A stretch of DNA of 64,000 nt from the human T2T-CHM13v2.0 reference genome, Homo sapiens: the NCBI RefSeq assembly GCF_009914755.1, contig NC_060928.1, one strand, 5' to 3'. Each line of letters opens with the position of its first letter. Position 1 is the stretch's first letter. The notes under the pieces are model-generated. The model was not told the DNA's origin. It did not search any database and saw only the letters and a program-made list of their open reading frames with translations. Position numbers and translations under genes: made by a program. Of the stretch, positions 39,201-51,005 are shown one piece after another.

Positions 39201-40284
39201 ATCTGCAAGTGGATATTTGGATAGCTTTGAGGATTTCGTTGGAAACGGGATGACATATAATATCTAGAGAGAAGCATTCTCAGGAACTTCTTTGTGATGT
39301 TTGCATTCAAGTCACAGAATTGAACATTCCCTTTCATAGAGCAGGTTTGAAACACTCTTTCTCTAGTATCTGGAAGTGGGCATTTCAAGCGCTTTCAGGC
39401 CTATGGAGAGAAAGGAAATACCTTCAAATAAAAACTAGACAGAAGCATTCTCAGAAACTTATTTGTGATGTGTGTCCTCAACTAACAGAGTTGAACCTTT
39501 GTTTTGATACAGCATTTTGGAAACACTCCTTTTGTAGAATCTGCAGGTGGATATTTGGATAAATTTGAAGATTTCGTTGGAAACCGGAATATCTTCATAT
39601 AAAATCAAGACAGAAGCATTCTCGGAAACATCTCTGTGATGTTTACATTCCACTCATAGAGTTGAAAACTTCCTTTCATAGAGCAGGTTTGAAACACTCT
39701 TTTTGTAATATTTGGAAGTGGACATTTGCAGCGCTTTGAGGCCTATGGTGAAAAAGGAAATATCTTCTCATAAAAACCAGAAACAAGCATTCTCACAAAC
39801 TTCTTTTTGATGTGTGTACTCAAGTAACAGAGTTGAACCTTCCTTTTGACACAGCAGTTTTGAAACAATCTTTTTGTAGAATCTGCAAGTGGATATTTGG
39901 ATAGCTTTGAGGATTTCGTTGGAAACGGGATATCTTCATATAAAATCTAGACAGAAGCATTCTCAGAAACTTCTTTGTGCTGTATGTCCTCAATTAACAG
40001 AGTTGAACCATTGCTTGGATACAGCATTTTGGAAACATTCCTTGAGTAGAATCTGCAAGTTGATATTTAGATAGATTTGAAGATTTCGTTGGAAAAGGGA
40101 ATATCTCCATAGAAAATCTAGAGGGAAGCATTCTCAGAAACTGCTTTGTGATGTTTCCATTCAAGTCACAGAGTTGAATATTCCCTTTTATAGAGCACGT
40201 TTGAAACACTCTTTCTGCACTATCTGGAAGTGGACATTTCGAGCACTTTGAGGCCTATGGTGAAAAAGGAAATATCTTCCCATA
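36203..40284 (+). repeat. Two tandem 12-mer HOR variants (2041 bp each; m9/m16 hybrid)
   Basis: Marker spacings 36244->38285->40326 = 2041; hybrid ctcggaaacatc...tttacattccactcatag at ~37582-37618 and ~39622-39659. Confidence 0.93.
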
Positions 40285-43200
40285 AAAACTACACAGAAGC
40301 ATTCTCAGAAACTTGTTTGTGATGTGTGTATTCAACTAACAGAGTTGAACTTTTGTTTTTACAGAGCCGTTTTAAAACACTCTTTTTGTGGAATCAGAAA
40401 GTGGATATTCGGATGGCTCTGAGGATTTCGTTGGAAGCGGGATTACATATAAAATCTAGAGAGAAGCATTCTCAGGAACTTCTTTGTGATGTTTGCATTG
40501 AAGTCACAGAATTGAACATTCACTTTGATAGAGCAGGTTTGAAACACTCATTCTGTAGTATCTGGAAGTGGACATTTCAAGCGCTTTCAGGCCTATGGTG
40601 AGAAAGGAAATATCTTCGAATAAAAACTAGACAGAAGCATCCTCAGAAACTTATTTGTGATGTGTGTCCTCAACTAACAGAGTTGAAACTTTGTTTTGAT
40701 ACAGCATTTTGGAAACACTCTTTTTGTAGAATCTGCAGGTGGATATTTGGATAGCTTAGAGGGATTAGTTGGAAAGGGGATATCTTCATATAAAATCTAG
40801 ACAGAAGCATTCTCAGAAACTTATTTGTGATGTGTGTCCTCAACTAACAGAGTTGAACCTTGGTTTTGATACAGCATTTTGGAAACACTCCTTTTGTAGA
40901 ATCTGCAGGTGGATATGTGGATAGCTCTGAAGATTTCGTTGGAAACGGGAATTTCTTCATATAAAATCAAACAGAAGCATTCTCAGAAACTTCTCAGTGA
41001 TGTTTGCATTCAGCTCATGGAGTTGAACACTTCCTTTCATAGAGCCGGTTTGAAACACTCTTTCTGCACTACCTGGAAGAGGACATTTCGAGCGCTTTGA
41101 GTCCTATGGTGAAAAAGGAAATATCTTCTCATAAAAACCAGAAAGAAGGATTCTCAGAAACTACTTTGTGTTGTGTGTACTCATGTAACAGTGTTGAACC
41201 ATCCTTTTGACAGAGCAGTTTTGAAATACTCTTTTTGTAGAATCTGCAAGTGGATATTTGGATAGCTTTGAGGATTTCGTTGGAAACGGGATGACATATA
41301 ATCTCTAGAGAGAAGCATACTCAGGAACTTCTTTGTGATGTTTGCATTCAAGTCACAGAATTGAACATTCCCTTTCATAGAGCAGGTTTGAAACACTCTT
41401 TCTCTAGTATCTGGAAGTGGGCATTTCAAGCGCTTTCAGGCCTATGGAGAGAAAGGAAATACCTTCAAATAAAAACTAGACAGAAGCATTCTCAGAAACT
41501 TATTTGTGATGTGTGTCCTCAACTAACAGAGTTGAACCTTTGTTTTGATACAGCATTTTGGAAACACTCCTTTTGTAGAATCTGCAGGTGGATATTTGGA
41601 TAACTTTGAAGATTTCGTTGGAAACCGGAATATCTTCATATAAAATCAAGACAGAAGCATTCTCGGAAACATCTCTGTGATGTTTGCATTCAACTCAGTA
41701 GAGTTGAACACTTCCTTTCATAGAGCAGGTTTGAAACACTCTTTCTGCACTACCTGGAAGCGGACATTTCGAGCGCTTTGAGGCCTATGGTGAAAAAGGA
41801 AATATCTTCTCATAAAAACCAGAAAGAAGCATTCTCAGAAACTTCTTTGTGTTGTGTGTACTCAAGTAACAGTGTTGAACCTTCCTTTTGACACAGCAGT
41901 TTTGAAACACTCTTTTGGTAGAATCTGCAAGTGGATATTTGGATAGCTTTGAGGATTTCGTTGGAAACGGGTTATCTTCATATAAAATCCAGACAGGAGC
42001 ATTCTCAGAAACTTCTTTGTGCTGCATGTCCTCAATTCACAGAGCTGAACCTTTGTTTGGATACAGCATTTTGGAAACATTCCTTTAGTAGAATCTGCAA
42101 GTTGATATTTAGATAGCTTTGAAGATTTCGTTGGAAACGGGAATATCTTCATAGAAAATCTAGACGGAAGCATTCTCAGAAACTGCTTTGTGATGTTTGC
42201 ATTCAAGTCACAGAGTTGAATATTCCCTTTTATAGAGTAGGTTTGAAACACTCTTTCGGCACTACCTGGAAGTGGATATTTCGAGCTCTTTGAGGCCTAT
42301 GGTTAAAAGGAAATATCTTCCCATAAAAACTAGACAGAAGCCGTCTCAGAAACTTGTTTGTGATGTGTGTATTCAACTAACAGAGTTGAACATTTCTGTT
42401 ACAGAGCAATTTTAAAACACTCTTTTTGTGGAATCTGAAAGTGGATAATTGGATAGCTTTGTGGATTTCGTTGGAAACGGGATGACGTATAAAATCTAGA
42501 GAGAAGCATTCTCAGGAACTTCTTTCTGATGTTTGCATTCAAGTCACAGAATTGAACATTCCTTTTCATAGTGCAGGTTTGAAACACTCTTTCTGTAGTA
42601 TCTGGAAGTGGACATTTCAAGCGCTTTCAGGCCTACGGGGAGAAAGGAAATATCTTCAAATAAAAACTAGACAGAAGGATTCTCAGAAACTTATTTGTGA
42701 TGTGTGTCCTAAACGAACACAGTTGAACCTTTGTTTTGATACAGCATTTTGGAAACACTCCTTTTGTAGGATCTGCAGGTGGATATTTGGATAGATTTTA
42801 AGATTTCGTTGGAAACGGGAGTTTCTTCATAGAAACTCAAGACAGATGCATTCTCAGAAACATCTCTGTGATGTTTGCATTCCACTCATAGAGTTGAAAA
42901 CTTCCTTTCATAGAGCAGGTTTGAAACACTCTTTTTGTAATATTTGGAAGTGGACATTTGCAGCGCTTTGAGGCCTATGGTGAAAAAGGAAATATCTTCT
43001 CATAAAAACCAGAAACAAGCATTCTCAGAAACTTCTTTTTGATGTGTGTACTCAAGTAACAGAGTTGAACCTTCCTTTTGACACAGCAGTTTTGAAACAA
43101 TCTTTTTGTAGAATCTGCAAGTGGATATTTGGATAGCTTTGAGGATTTCGTTGGAAACGGGATATCTTCATATAAAATCTAGACAGAAGCTTTCTCAGAA

Positions 43201-43516
43201 ACTTCTTTGTGCTGTATGTCCTCAATTAACAGATTTGAACCATTGCTTGGATACAGCATTTTGGAAACATTCCTTGAGTAGAATCTGCAAGTTGATATTT
43301 AGATAGATTTGAAGATTTCGTTGGAAAAGGGAATATCTCCATATAAAATCTAGAGGGAAGCATTCTCAGAAACTGCTTTGTGATGTTTCCATTCAAGTCA
43401 CAGAGTTGAATATTCCCTTTTATAGAGCACGTTTGAAACACTCTTTCTGCACTATCTGGAAGTGGACATTTCGAGCGCTTTGAGGCCTATGGTGAAAAAG
43501 GAAATATCTTCCCATA
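40285..43516 (+). repeat. Canonical 19-mer HOR (3232 bp)
   Basis: Marker spacing 40326->43558 = 3232. Confidence 0.94.
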
Positions 43517-46500
43517 AAAACTAGACAGAAGCATTCTCAGAAACTTGTTTGTGATGTGTGTATTCAACTAACAGAGTTGAACTTTTGTTTTTACAGAGCC
43601 GTTTTAAAACACTCTTTTTGTGGAATCAGAAAGTGGATATTCGGATGGCTCTGAGGATTTCGTTGGAAGCGGGATTACATATAAAATCTAGAGAGAAGCA
43701 TTCTCAGGAACTTCTTTGTGATGTTTGCATTGAAGTCACAGAATTGAACATTCACTTTGATAGAGCAGGTTTGAAACACTCATTCTGTAGTATCTGGAAG
43801 TGGACATTTCAAGCGCTTTCAGGCCTATGGTGAGAAAGGAAATATCTTCGAATAAAAACTAGACAGAAGCATCCTCAGAAACTTATTTGTGATGTGTGTC
43901 CTCAACTAACAGAGTTGAAACTTTGTTTTGATACAGCATTTTGGAAACACTCTTTTTGTAGAATCTGCAGGTGGATATTTGGATAGCTTAGAGGGATTCG
44001 TTGGAAAGGGGATATCTTCATATAAAATCTAGACAGAAGCATTCTCAGAAACTTATTTGTGATGTGTGTCCTCAACTAACAGAGTTGAACCTTGGTTTTG
44101 ATACAGCATTTTGGAAACACTCCTTTTGTAGAATCTGCAGGTGGATATGTGGATAGCTCTGAAGATTTCGTTGGAAACGGGAATTTCTTCATATAAAATC
44201 AAACAGAAGCATTCTCAGAAACTTCTCAGTGATGTTTGCATTCAGCTCATGGAGTTGAACACTTCCTTTCATAGAGCCGGTTTGAAACACTCTTTCTGCA
44301 CTACCTGGAAGAGGACATTTCGAGCGCTTTGAGTCCTATGGTGAAAAAGGAAATATCTTCTCATAAAAACCAGAAAGAAGCATTCTCAGAAACTTCTTTG
44401 TGTTGTGTGTACTCATGTAACAGTGTTGAACCATCCTTTTGACAGAGCAGTTTTGAAACACTCTTTTTGTAGAATCTGCAAGTGGATATTTGGATAGCTT
44501 TGAGGATTTCGTTGGAAACGGGATGACATATAATATCTAGAGAGAAGCATACTCAGGAACTTCTTTGTGATGTTTGCATTCAAGTCACAGAATTGAACAT
44601 TCCCTTTCATAGAGCAGGTTTGAAACACTCTTTCTCTAGTATCTGGAAGTGGGCATTTCAAGCACTTTCAGGCCTATGGAGAGAAAGGAAATACCTTCAA
44701 ATAAAAACTAGACAGAAGCATTCTCAGAAACTTATTTGTGATGTGTGTCCTCAACTAACAGAGTTGAACCTTTGTTTTGATACAGCATTTTGGAAACACT
44801 CCTTTTGTAGAATCTGCAGGTGGATATTTGGATAACTTTGAAGATTTCGTTGGAAACCGGAATATCTTCATATAAAATCAAGACAGAAGCATTCTCGGAA
44901 ACATCTCTGTGATGTTTGCATTCAACTCAGTAGAGTTGAACACTTCCTTTCATAGAGCAGGTTTGAAACACTCTTTCTGCACTACCTGGAAGCGGACATT
45001 TCGAGCGCTTTGAGGCCTATGGTGAAAAAGGAAATATCTTCTCATAAAAACCAGAAAGAAGCATTCTCAGAAACTTCTTTGTGTTGTGTGTACTCAAGTA
45101 ACAGTGTTGAACCTTCCTTTTGACACAGCAGTTTTGAAACACTCTTTTGGTAGAATCTGCAAGTGGATATTTGGATAGCTTTGAGGATTTCGTTGGAAAC
45201 GGGTTATCTTCATATAAAATCCAGACAGGAGCATTCTCAGAAACTTCTTTGTGCTGCATGTCCTCAATTCACAGAGCTGAACCTTTGTTTGGATACAGCA
45301 TTTTGGAAACATTCCTTTAGTAGAATCTGCAAGTTGATATTTAGATAGCTTTGAAGATTTCGTTGGAAACGGGAATATCTTCATAGAAAATCTAGACGGA
45401 AGCATTCTCAGAAACTGCTTTGTGATGTTTGCATTCAAGTCACAGAGTTGAATATTCCCTTTTATAGAGTAGGTTTGAAACACTCTTTCGGCACTACCTG
45501 GAAGAGGACATTTCGAGCGCTTTGAGTCCTATGGTGAAAAAGGAAATATCTTCTCATAAAAACCAGAAAGAAGCATTCTCAGAAACATCTTTGTGTTGTG
45601 TGTACTCATGTAACAGTGTTGAACCATCCTTTTGACAGAGCAGTTTTGAAACACTCTTTTTGTAGAATCTGCAAGTGGATATTTGGATAGCTTTGAGGAT
45701 TTCGTTGGAAACGGGATGACATATAATATCTAGAGAGAAGCATTCTCAGGAACTTCTTTGTGATGTTTGCATTCAAGTCACAGAATTGAACATTCCCTTT
45801 CATAGAGCAGGTTTGAAACACTCTTTCTCTAGTATCTGGAAGTGGGCATTTCAAGCACTTTCAGGCCTATGGAGAGAAAGGGAATACCTTCAAATAAAAA
45901 CTAGACAGAAGCATTCTCAGAAACTTATTTGTGATGTGTGTCCTCAACTAACAGAGTTGAACCTTTGTTTTGATACAGCATTTTGGAAACACTCCTTTTG
46001 TAGAATCTGCAGGTGGATATTTGGATAACTTTGAAGATTTCGTTGGAAACCGGAATATCTTCATATAAAATCAAGACAGAAGCATTCTCGGAAACATCTC
46101 TGTGATGTTTGCATTCAACTCAGTAGAGTTGAACACTTCCTTTCATAGAGCCGGTTTGAAACAGTCTTTCTGCACTACCTGGAAGCGGACATTTCGAGCG
46201 CTTTGAGGCCTATGGTGAAAAAGGAAATATCTTCTCATAAAAACCAGAAAGAAGCATTCTCAGAAACTTCTTTGTGTTGTGTGTACTCAAGTAACAGTGT
46301 TGAACCTTCCTTTTGACACAGCAGTTTTGAAACACTCTTTTGGTAGAATCTGCAAGTGGATATTTGGATAGCTTTGAGGATTTCGTTGGAAACGGGTTAT
46401 CTTCATATAAAATCCAGACAGGAGCATTCTCAGAAACTTCTTTGTGCTGCATGTCCTCAATTCACAGAGCTGAACCTTTGTTTGGATACAGTATTTTGGA

Positions 46501-49500
46501 AACATTCCTTTAGTAGAATCTGCAAGTTGATATTTAGATAGCTTTGAAGATTTCGTTGGAAACGGGAATATCTTCATAGAAAATCTAGACGGAAGCATTC
46601 TCAGAAACTGCTTTGTGATGTTTGCGTTCAAGTCACAGAGTTGAATATTCCCTTTTATAGAGTAGGTTTGAAACACTCTTTCGGCACTACCTGGAAGTGG
46701 ATATTTCGAGCTCTTTGAGGCCTATGGTTAAAAGGAAATATCTTCCCATAAAAACTAGACAGAAGCCGTCTCAGAAACTTGTTTGTGATGTGTGTATTCA
46801 ACTAACAGAGTTGAACATTTCTGTTACAGAGCAATTTTAAAACACTCTTTTTGTGGAATCTGAAAGTGGATAATTGGATAGCTTTGTGGATTTCGTTGGA
46901 AACGGAATGACGTATAAAATCTAGAGAGAAGCATTCTCAGGAACATCTTTCTGATGTTTGCATTCAAGTCACAGAATTGAACTTTCCTTTTCATAGTGCA
47001 GGTTTGAAACACTCTTTCTGTAGTATCTGGAAGTGGACATTTCAAGCGCTTTCAGGCCTACGGGGAGAAAGGAAATATCTTCAAATAAAAACTAGACAGA
47101 AGGATTCTCAGAAACTTATTTGTGATGTGTGTCCTAAACGAACACAGTTGAACCTTTGTTTTGATACAGCATTTTGGAAACACTCCTTTTGTAGGATCTG
47201 CAGGTGGATATTTGGATAGATTTTAAGATTTCGTTGGAAACGGGAGTTTCTTCATAGAAACTCAAGACAGATGCATTCTCAGAAACATCTCTGTGATGTT
47301 TACATTCCACTCATAGAGTTGAAAACTTCCTTTCATAGAGCAGGTTTGAAACACTCTTTTTGTAATATTTGGAAGTGGACATTTGCAGCGCTTTGAGGCC
47401 TATGGTGAAAAAGGAAATATCTTCTCATAAAAACCAGAAAGAAGCATTCTCAGAAACTTCTTTGTGTTGTGTGTACTCATGTAACAGTGTTGAACCATCC
47501 TTTTGACAGAGCAGTTTTGAAACACTCTTTTTGTAGAATCTGCAAGTGGATATTTGGATAGCTTTGAGGATTTCGTTGGAAACGGGATGACATATAATAT
47601 CTAGAGAGAAGCATACTCAGGAACTTCTTTGTGATGTTTGCATTCAAGTCACAGAATTGAACATTCCCTTTCATAGAGCAGGTTTGAAACACTCTTTCTC
47701 TAGTATCTGGAAGTGGGCATTTCAAGCACTTTCAGGCCTATGGAGAGAAAGGAAATACCTTCAAATAAAAACTAGACAGAAGCATTCTCAGAAACTTATT
47801 TGTGATGTGTGTCCTCAACTAACAGAGTTGAACCTTTGTTTTGATACAGCATTTTGGAAACACTCCTTTTGTAGAATCTGCAGGTGGATATTTGGATAAC
47901 TTTGAAGATTTCGTTGGAAACCGGAATATCTTCATATAAAATCAAGACAGAAGCATTCTCGGAAACATCTCTGTGATGTTTGCATTCAACTCAGTAGAGT
48001 TGAACACTTCCTTTCATAGAGCCGGTTTGAAACAGTCTTTCTGCACTACCTGGAAGCGGACATTTCGAGCGCTTTGAGGCCTATGGTGAAAAAGGAAATA
48101 TCTTCTCATAAAAACCAGAAAGAAGCATTCTCAGAAACTTCTTTGTGTTGTGTGTACTCAAGTAACAGTGTTGAACCTTCCTTTTGACACAGCAGTTTTG
48201 AAACACTCTTTTGGTAGAATCTGCAAGTGGATATTTGGATAGCTTTGAGGATTTCGTTGGAAACGGGTTATCTTCATATAAAATCCAGACAGGAGCATTC
48301 TCAGAAACTTCTTTGTGCTGCATGTCCTCAATTCACAGAGCTGAACCTTTGTTTGGATACAGTATTTTGGAAACATTCCTTTAGTAGAATCTGCAAGTTG
48401 ATATTTAGATAGCTTTGAAGATTTCGTTGGAAACGGGAATATCTTCATAGAAAATCTAGACGGAAGCATTCTCAGAAACTGCTTTGTGATGTTTGCATTC
48501 AAGTCACAGAGTTGAATATTCCCTTTTATAGAGTAGGTTTGAAACACTCTTTCGGCACTACCTGGAAGAGGACATTTCGAGCGCTTTGAGTCCTATGGTG
48601 AAAAAGGAAATATCTTCTCATAAAAACCAGAAAGAAGCATTCTCAGAAACATCTTTGTGTTGTGTGTACTCATGTAACAGTGTTGAACCATCCTTTTGAC
48701 AGAGCAGTTTTGAAACACTCTTTTTGTAGAATCTGCAAGTGGATATTTGGATAGCTTTGAGGATTTCGTTGGAAACGGGATGACATATAATATCTAGAGA
48801 GAAGCATTCTCAGGAACTTCTTTGTGATGTTTGCATTCAAGTCACAGAATTGAACATTCCCTTTCATAGAGCAGGTTTGAAACACTCTTTCTCTAGTATC
48901 TGGAAGTGGGCATTTCAAGCGCTTTCAGGCCTATGGAGAGAAAGGGAATACCTTCAAATAAAAACTAGACAGAAGCATTCTCAGAAACTTATTTGTGATG
49001 TGTGTCCTCAACTAACAGAGTTGAACCTTTGTTTTGATACAGCATTTTGGAAACACTCCTTTTGTAGAATCTGCAGGTGGATATTTGGATAACTTTGAAG
49101 ATTTCGTTGGAAACCGGAATATCTTCATATAAAATCAAGACAGAAGCATTCTCGGAAACATCTCTGTGATGTTTGCATTCAACTCAGTAGAGTTGAACAC
49201 TTCCTTTCATAGAGCCGGTTTGAAACAGTCTTTCTGCACTACCTGGAAGCGGACATTTCGAGCGCTTTGAGGCCTATGGTGAAAAAGGAAATATCTTCTC
49301 ATAAAAACCAGAAAGAAGCATTCTCAGAAACTTCTTTGTGTTGTGTGTACTCAAGTAACAGTGTTGAACCTTCCTTTTGACACAGCAGTTTTGAAACACT
49401 CTTTTGGTAGAATCTGCAAGTGGATATTTGGATAGCTTTGAGGATTTCGTTGGAAACGGGTTATCTTCATATAAAATCCAGACAGGAGCATTCTCAGAAA

Positions 49501-51005
49501 CTTCTTTGTGCTGCATGTCCTCAATTCACAGAGCTGAACCTTTGTTTGGATACAGTATTTTGGAAACATTCCTTTAGTAGAATCTGCAAGTTGATATTTA
49601 GATAGCTTTGAAGATTTCGTTGGAAACGGGAATATCTTCATAGAAAATCTAGACGGAAGCATTCTCAGAAACTGCTTTGTGATGTTTGCGTTCAAGTCAC
49701 AGAGTTGAATATTCCCTTTTATAGAGTAGGTTTGAAACACTCTTTCGGCACTACCTGGAAGTGGATATTTCGAGCTCTTTGAGGCCTATGGTTAAAAGGA
49801 AATATCTTCCCATAAAAACTAGACAGAAGCCGTCTCAGAAACTTGTTTGTGATGTGTGTATTCAACTAACAGAGTTGAACATTTCTGTTACAGAGCAATT
49901 TTAAAACACTCTTTTTGTGGAATCTGAAAGTGGATAATTGGATAGCTTTGTGGATTTCGTTGGAAACGGAATGACGTATAAAATCTAGAGAGAAGCATTC
50001 TCAGGAACTTCTTTCTGATGTTTGCATTCAAGTCACAGAATTGAACTTTCCTTTTCATAGTGCAGGTTTGAAACACTCTTTCTGTAGTATCTGGAAGTGG
50101 ACATTTCAAGCGCTTTCAGGCCTACGGGGAGAAAGGAAATATCTTCAAATAAAAACTAGACAGAAGGATTCTCAGAAACTTATTTGTGATGTGTGTCCTA
50201 AACGAACACAGTTGAACCTTTGTTTTGATACAGCATTTTGGAAACACTCCTTTTGTAGGATCTGCAGGTGGATATTTGGATAGATTTTAAGATTTCGTTG
50301 GAAACGGGAGTTTCTTCATAGAAACTCAAGACAGATGCATTCTCAGAAACATCTCTGTGATGTTTACATTCCACTCATAGAGTTGAAAACTTCCTTTCAT
50401 AGAGCAGGTTTGAAACACTCTTTTTGTAATATTTGGAAGTGGACATTTGCAGCGCTTTGAGGCCTATGGTGAAAAAGGAAATATCTTCTCATAAAAACCA
50501 GAAAGAAGCATTCTCAGAAACTTCTTTTTGATGTGTGTACTCAAGTAACAGAGTTGAACCTTCCTTTTGACACAGCAGTTTTGAAACAATCTTTTTGTAG
50601 AATCTGCAAGTGGATATTTGGATAGCTTTGAGGATTTCGTTGGAAACGGGATATCTTCATATAAAATCTAGACAGAAGCATTCTCAGAAACTTCTTTGTG
50701 CTGTATGTCCTCAATTAACAGAGTTGAACCATTGCTTGGATACAGCATTTTGGAAACATTCCTTGAGTAGAATCTGCAAGTTGATATTTAGATAGATTTG
50801 AAGATTTCGTTGGAAAAGGGAATATCTCCATATAAAATCTAGAGGGAAGCATTCTCAGAAACTGCTTTGTGATGTTTCCATTCAAGTCACAGAGTTGAAT
50901 ATTCCCTTTTATAGAGCACGTTTGAAACACTCTTTCTGCACTATCTGGAAGTGGACATTTCGAGCGCTTTGAGGCCTATGGTGAAAAAGGAAATATCTTC
51001 CCATA
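43517..51005 (+). repeat. 44-monomer compound HOR variant (19-mer plus 7+11+7 extra monomers)
   Basis: Marker spacing 7489 = 3232+1193+1871+1193; m6/m7 recur at 44413, 45606, 47477 and 48670. Confidence 0.92.
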
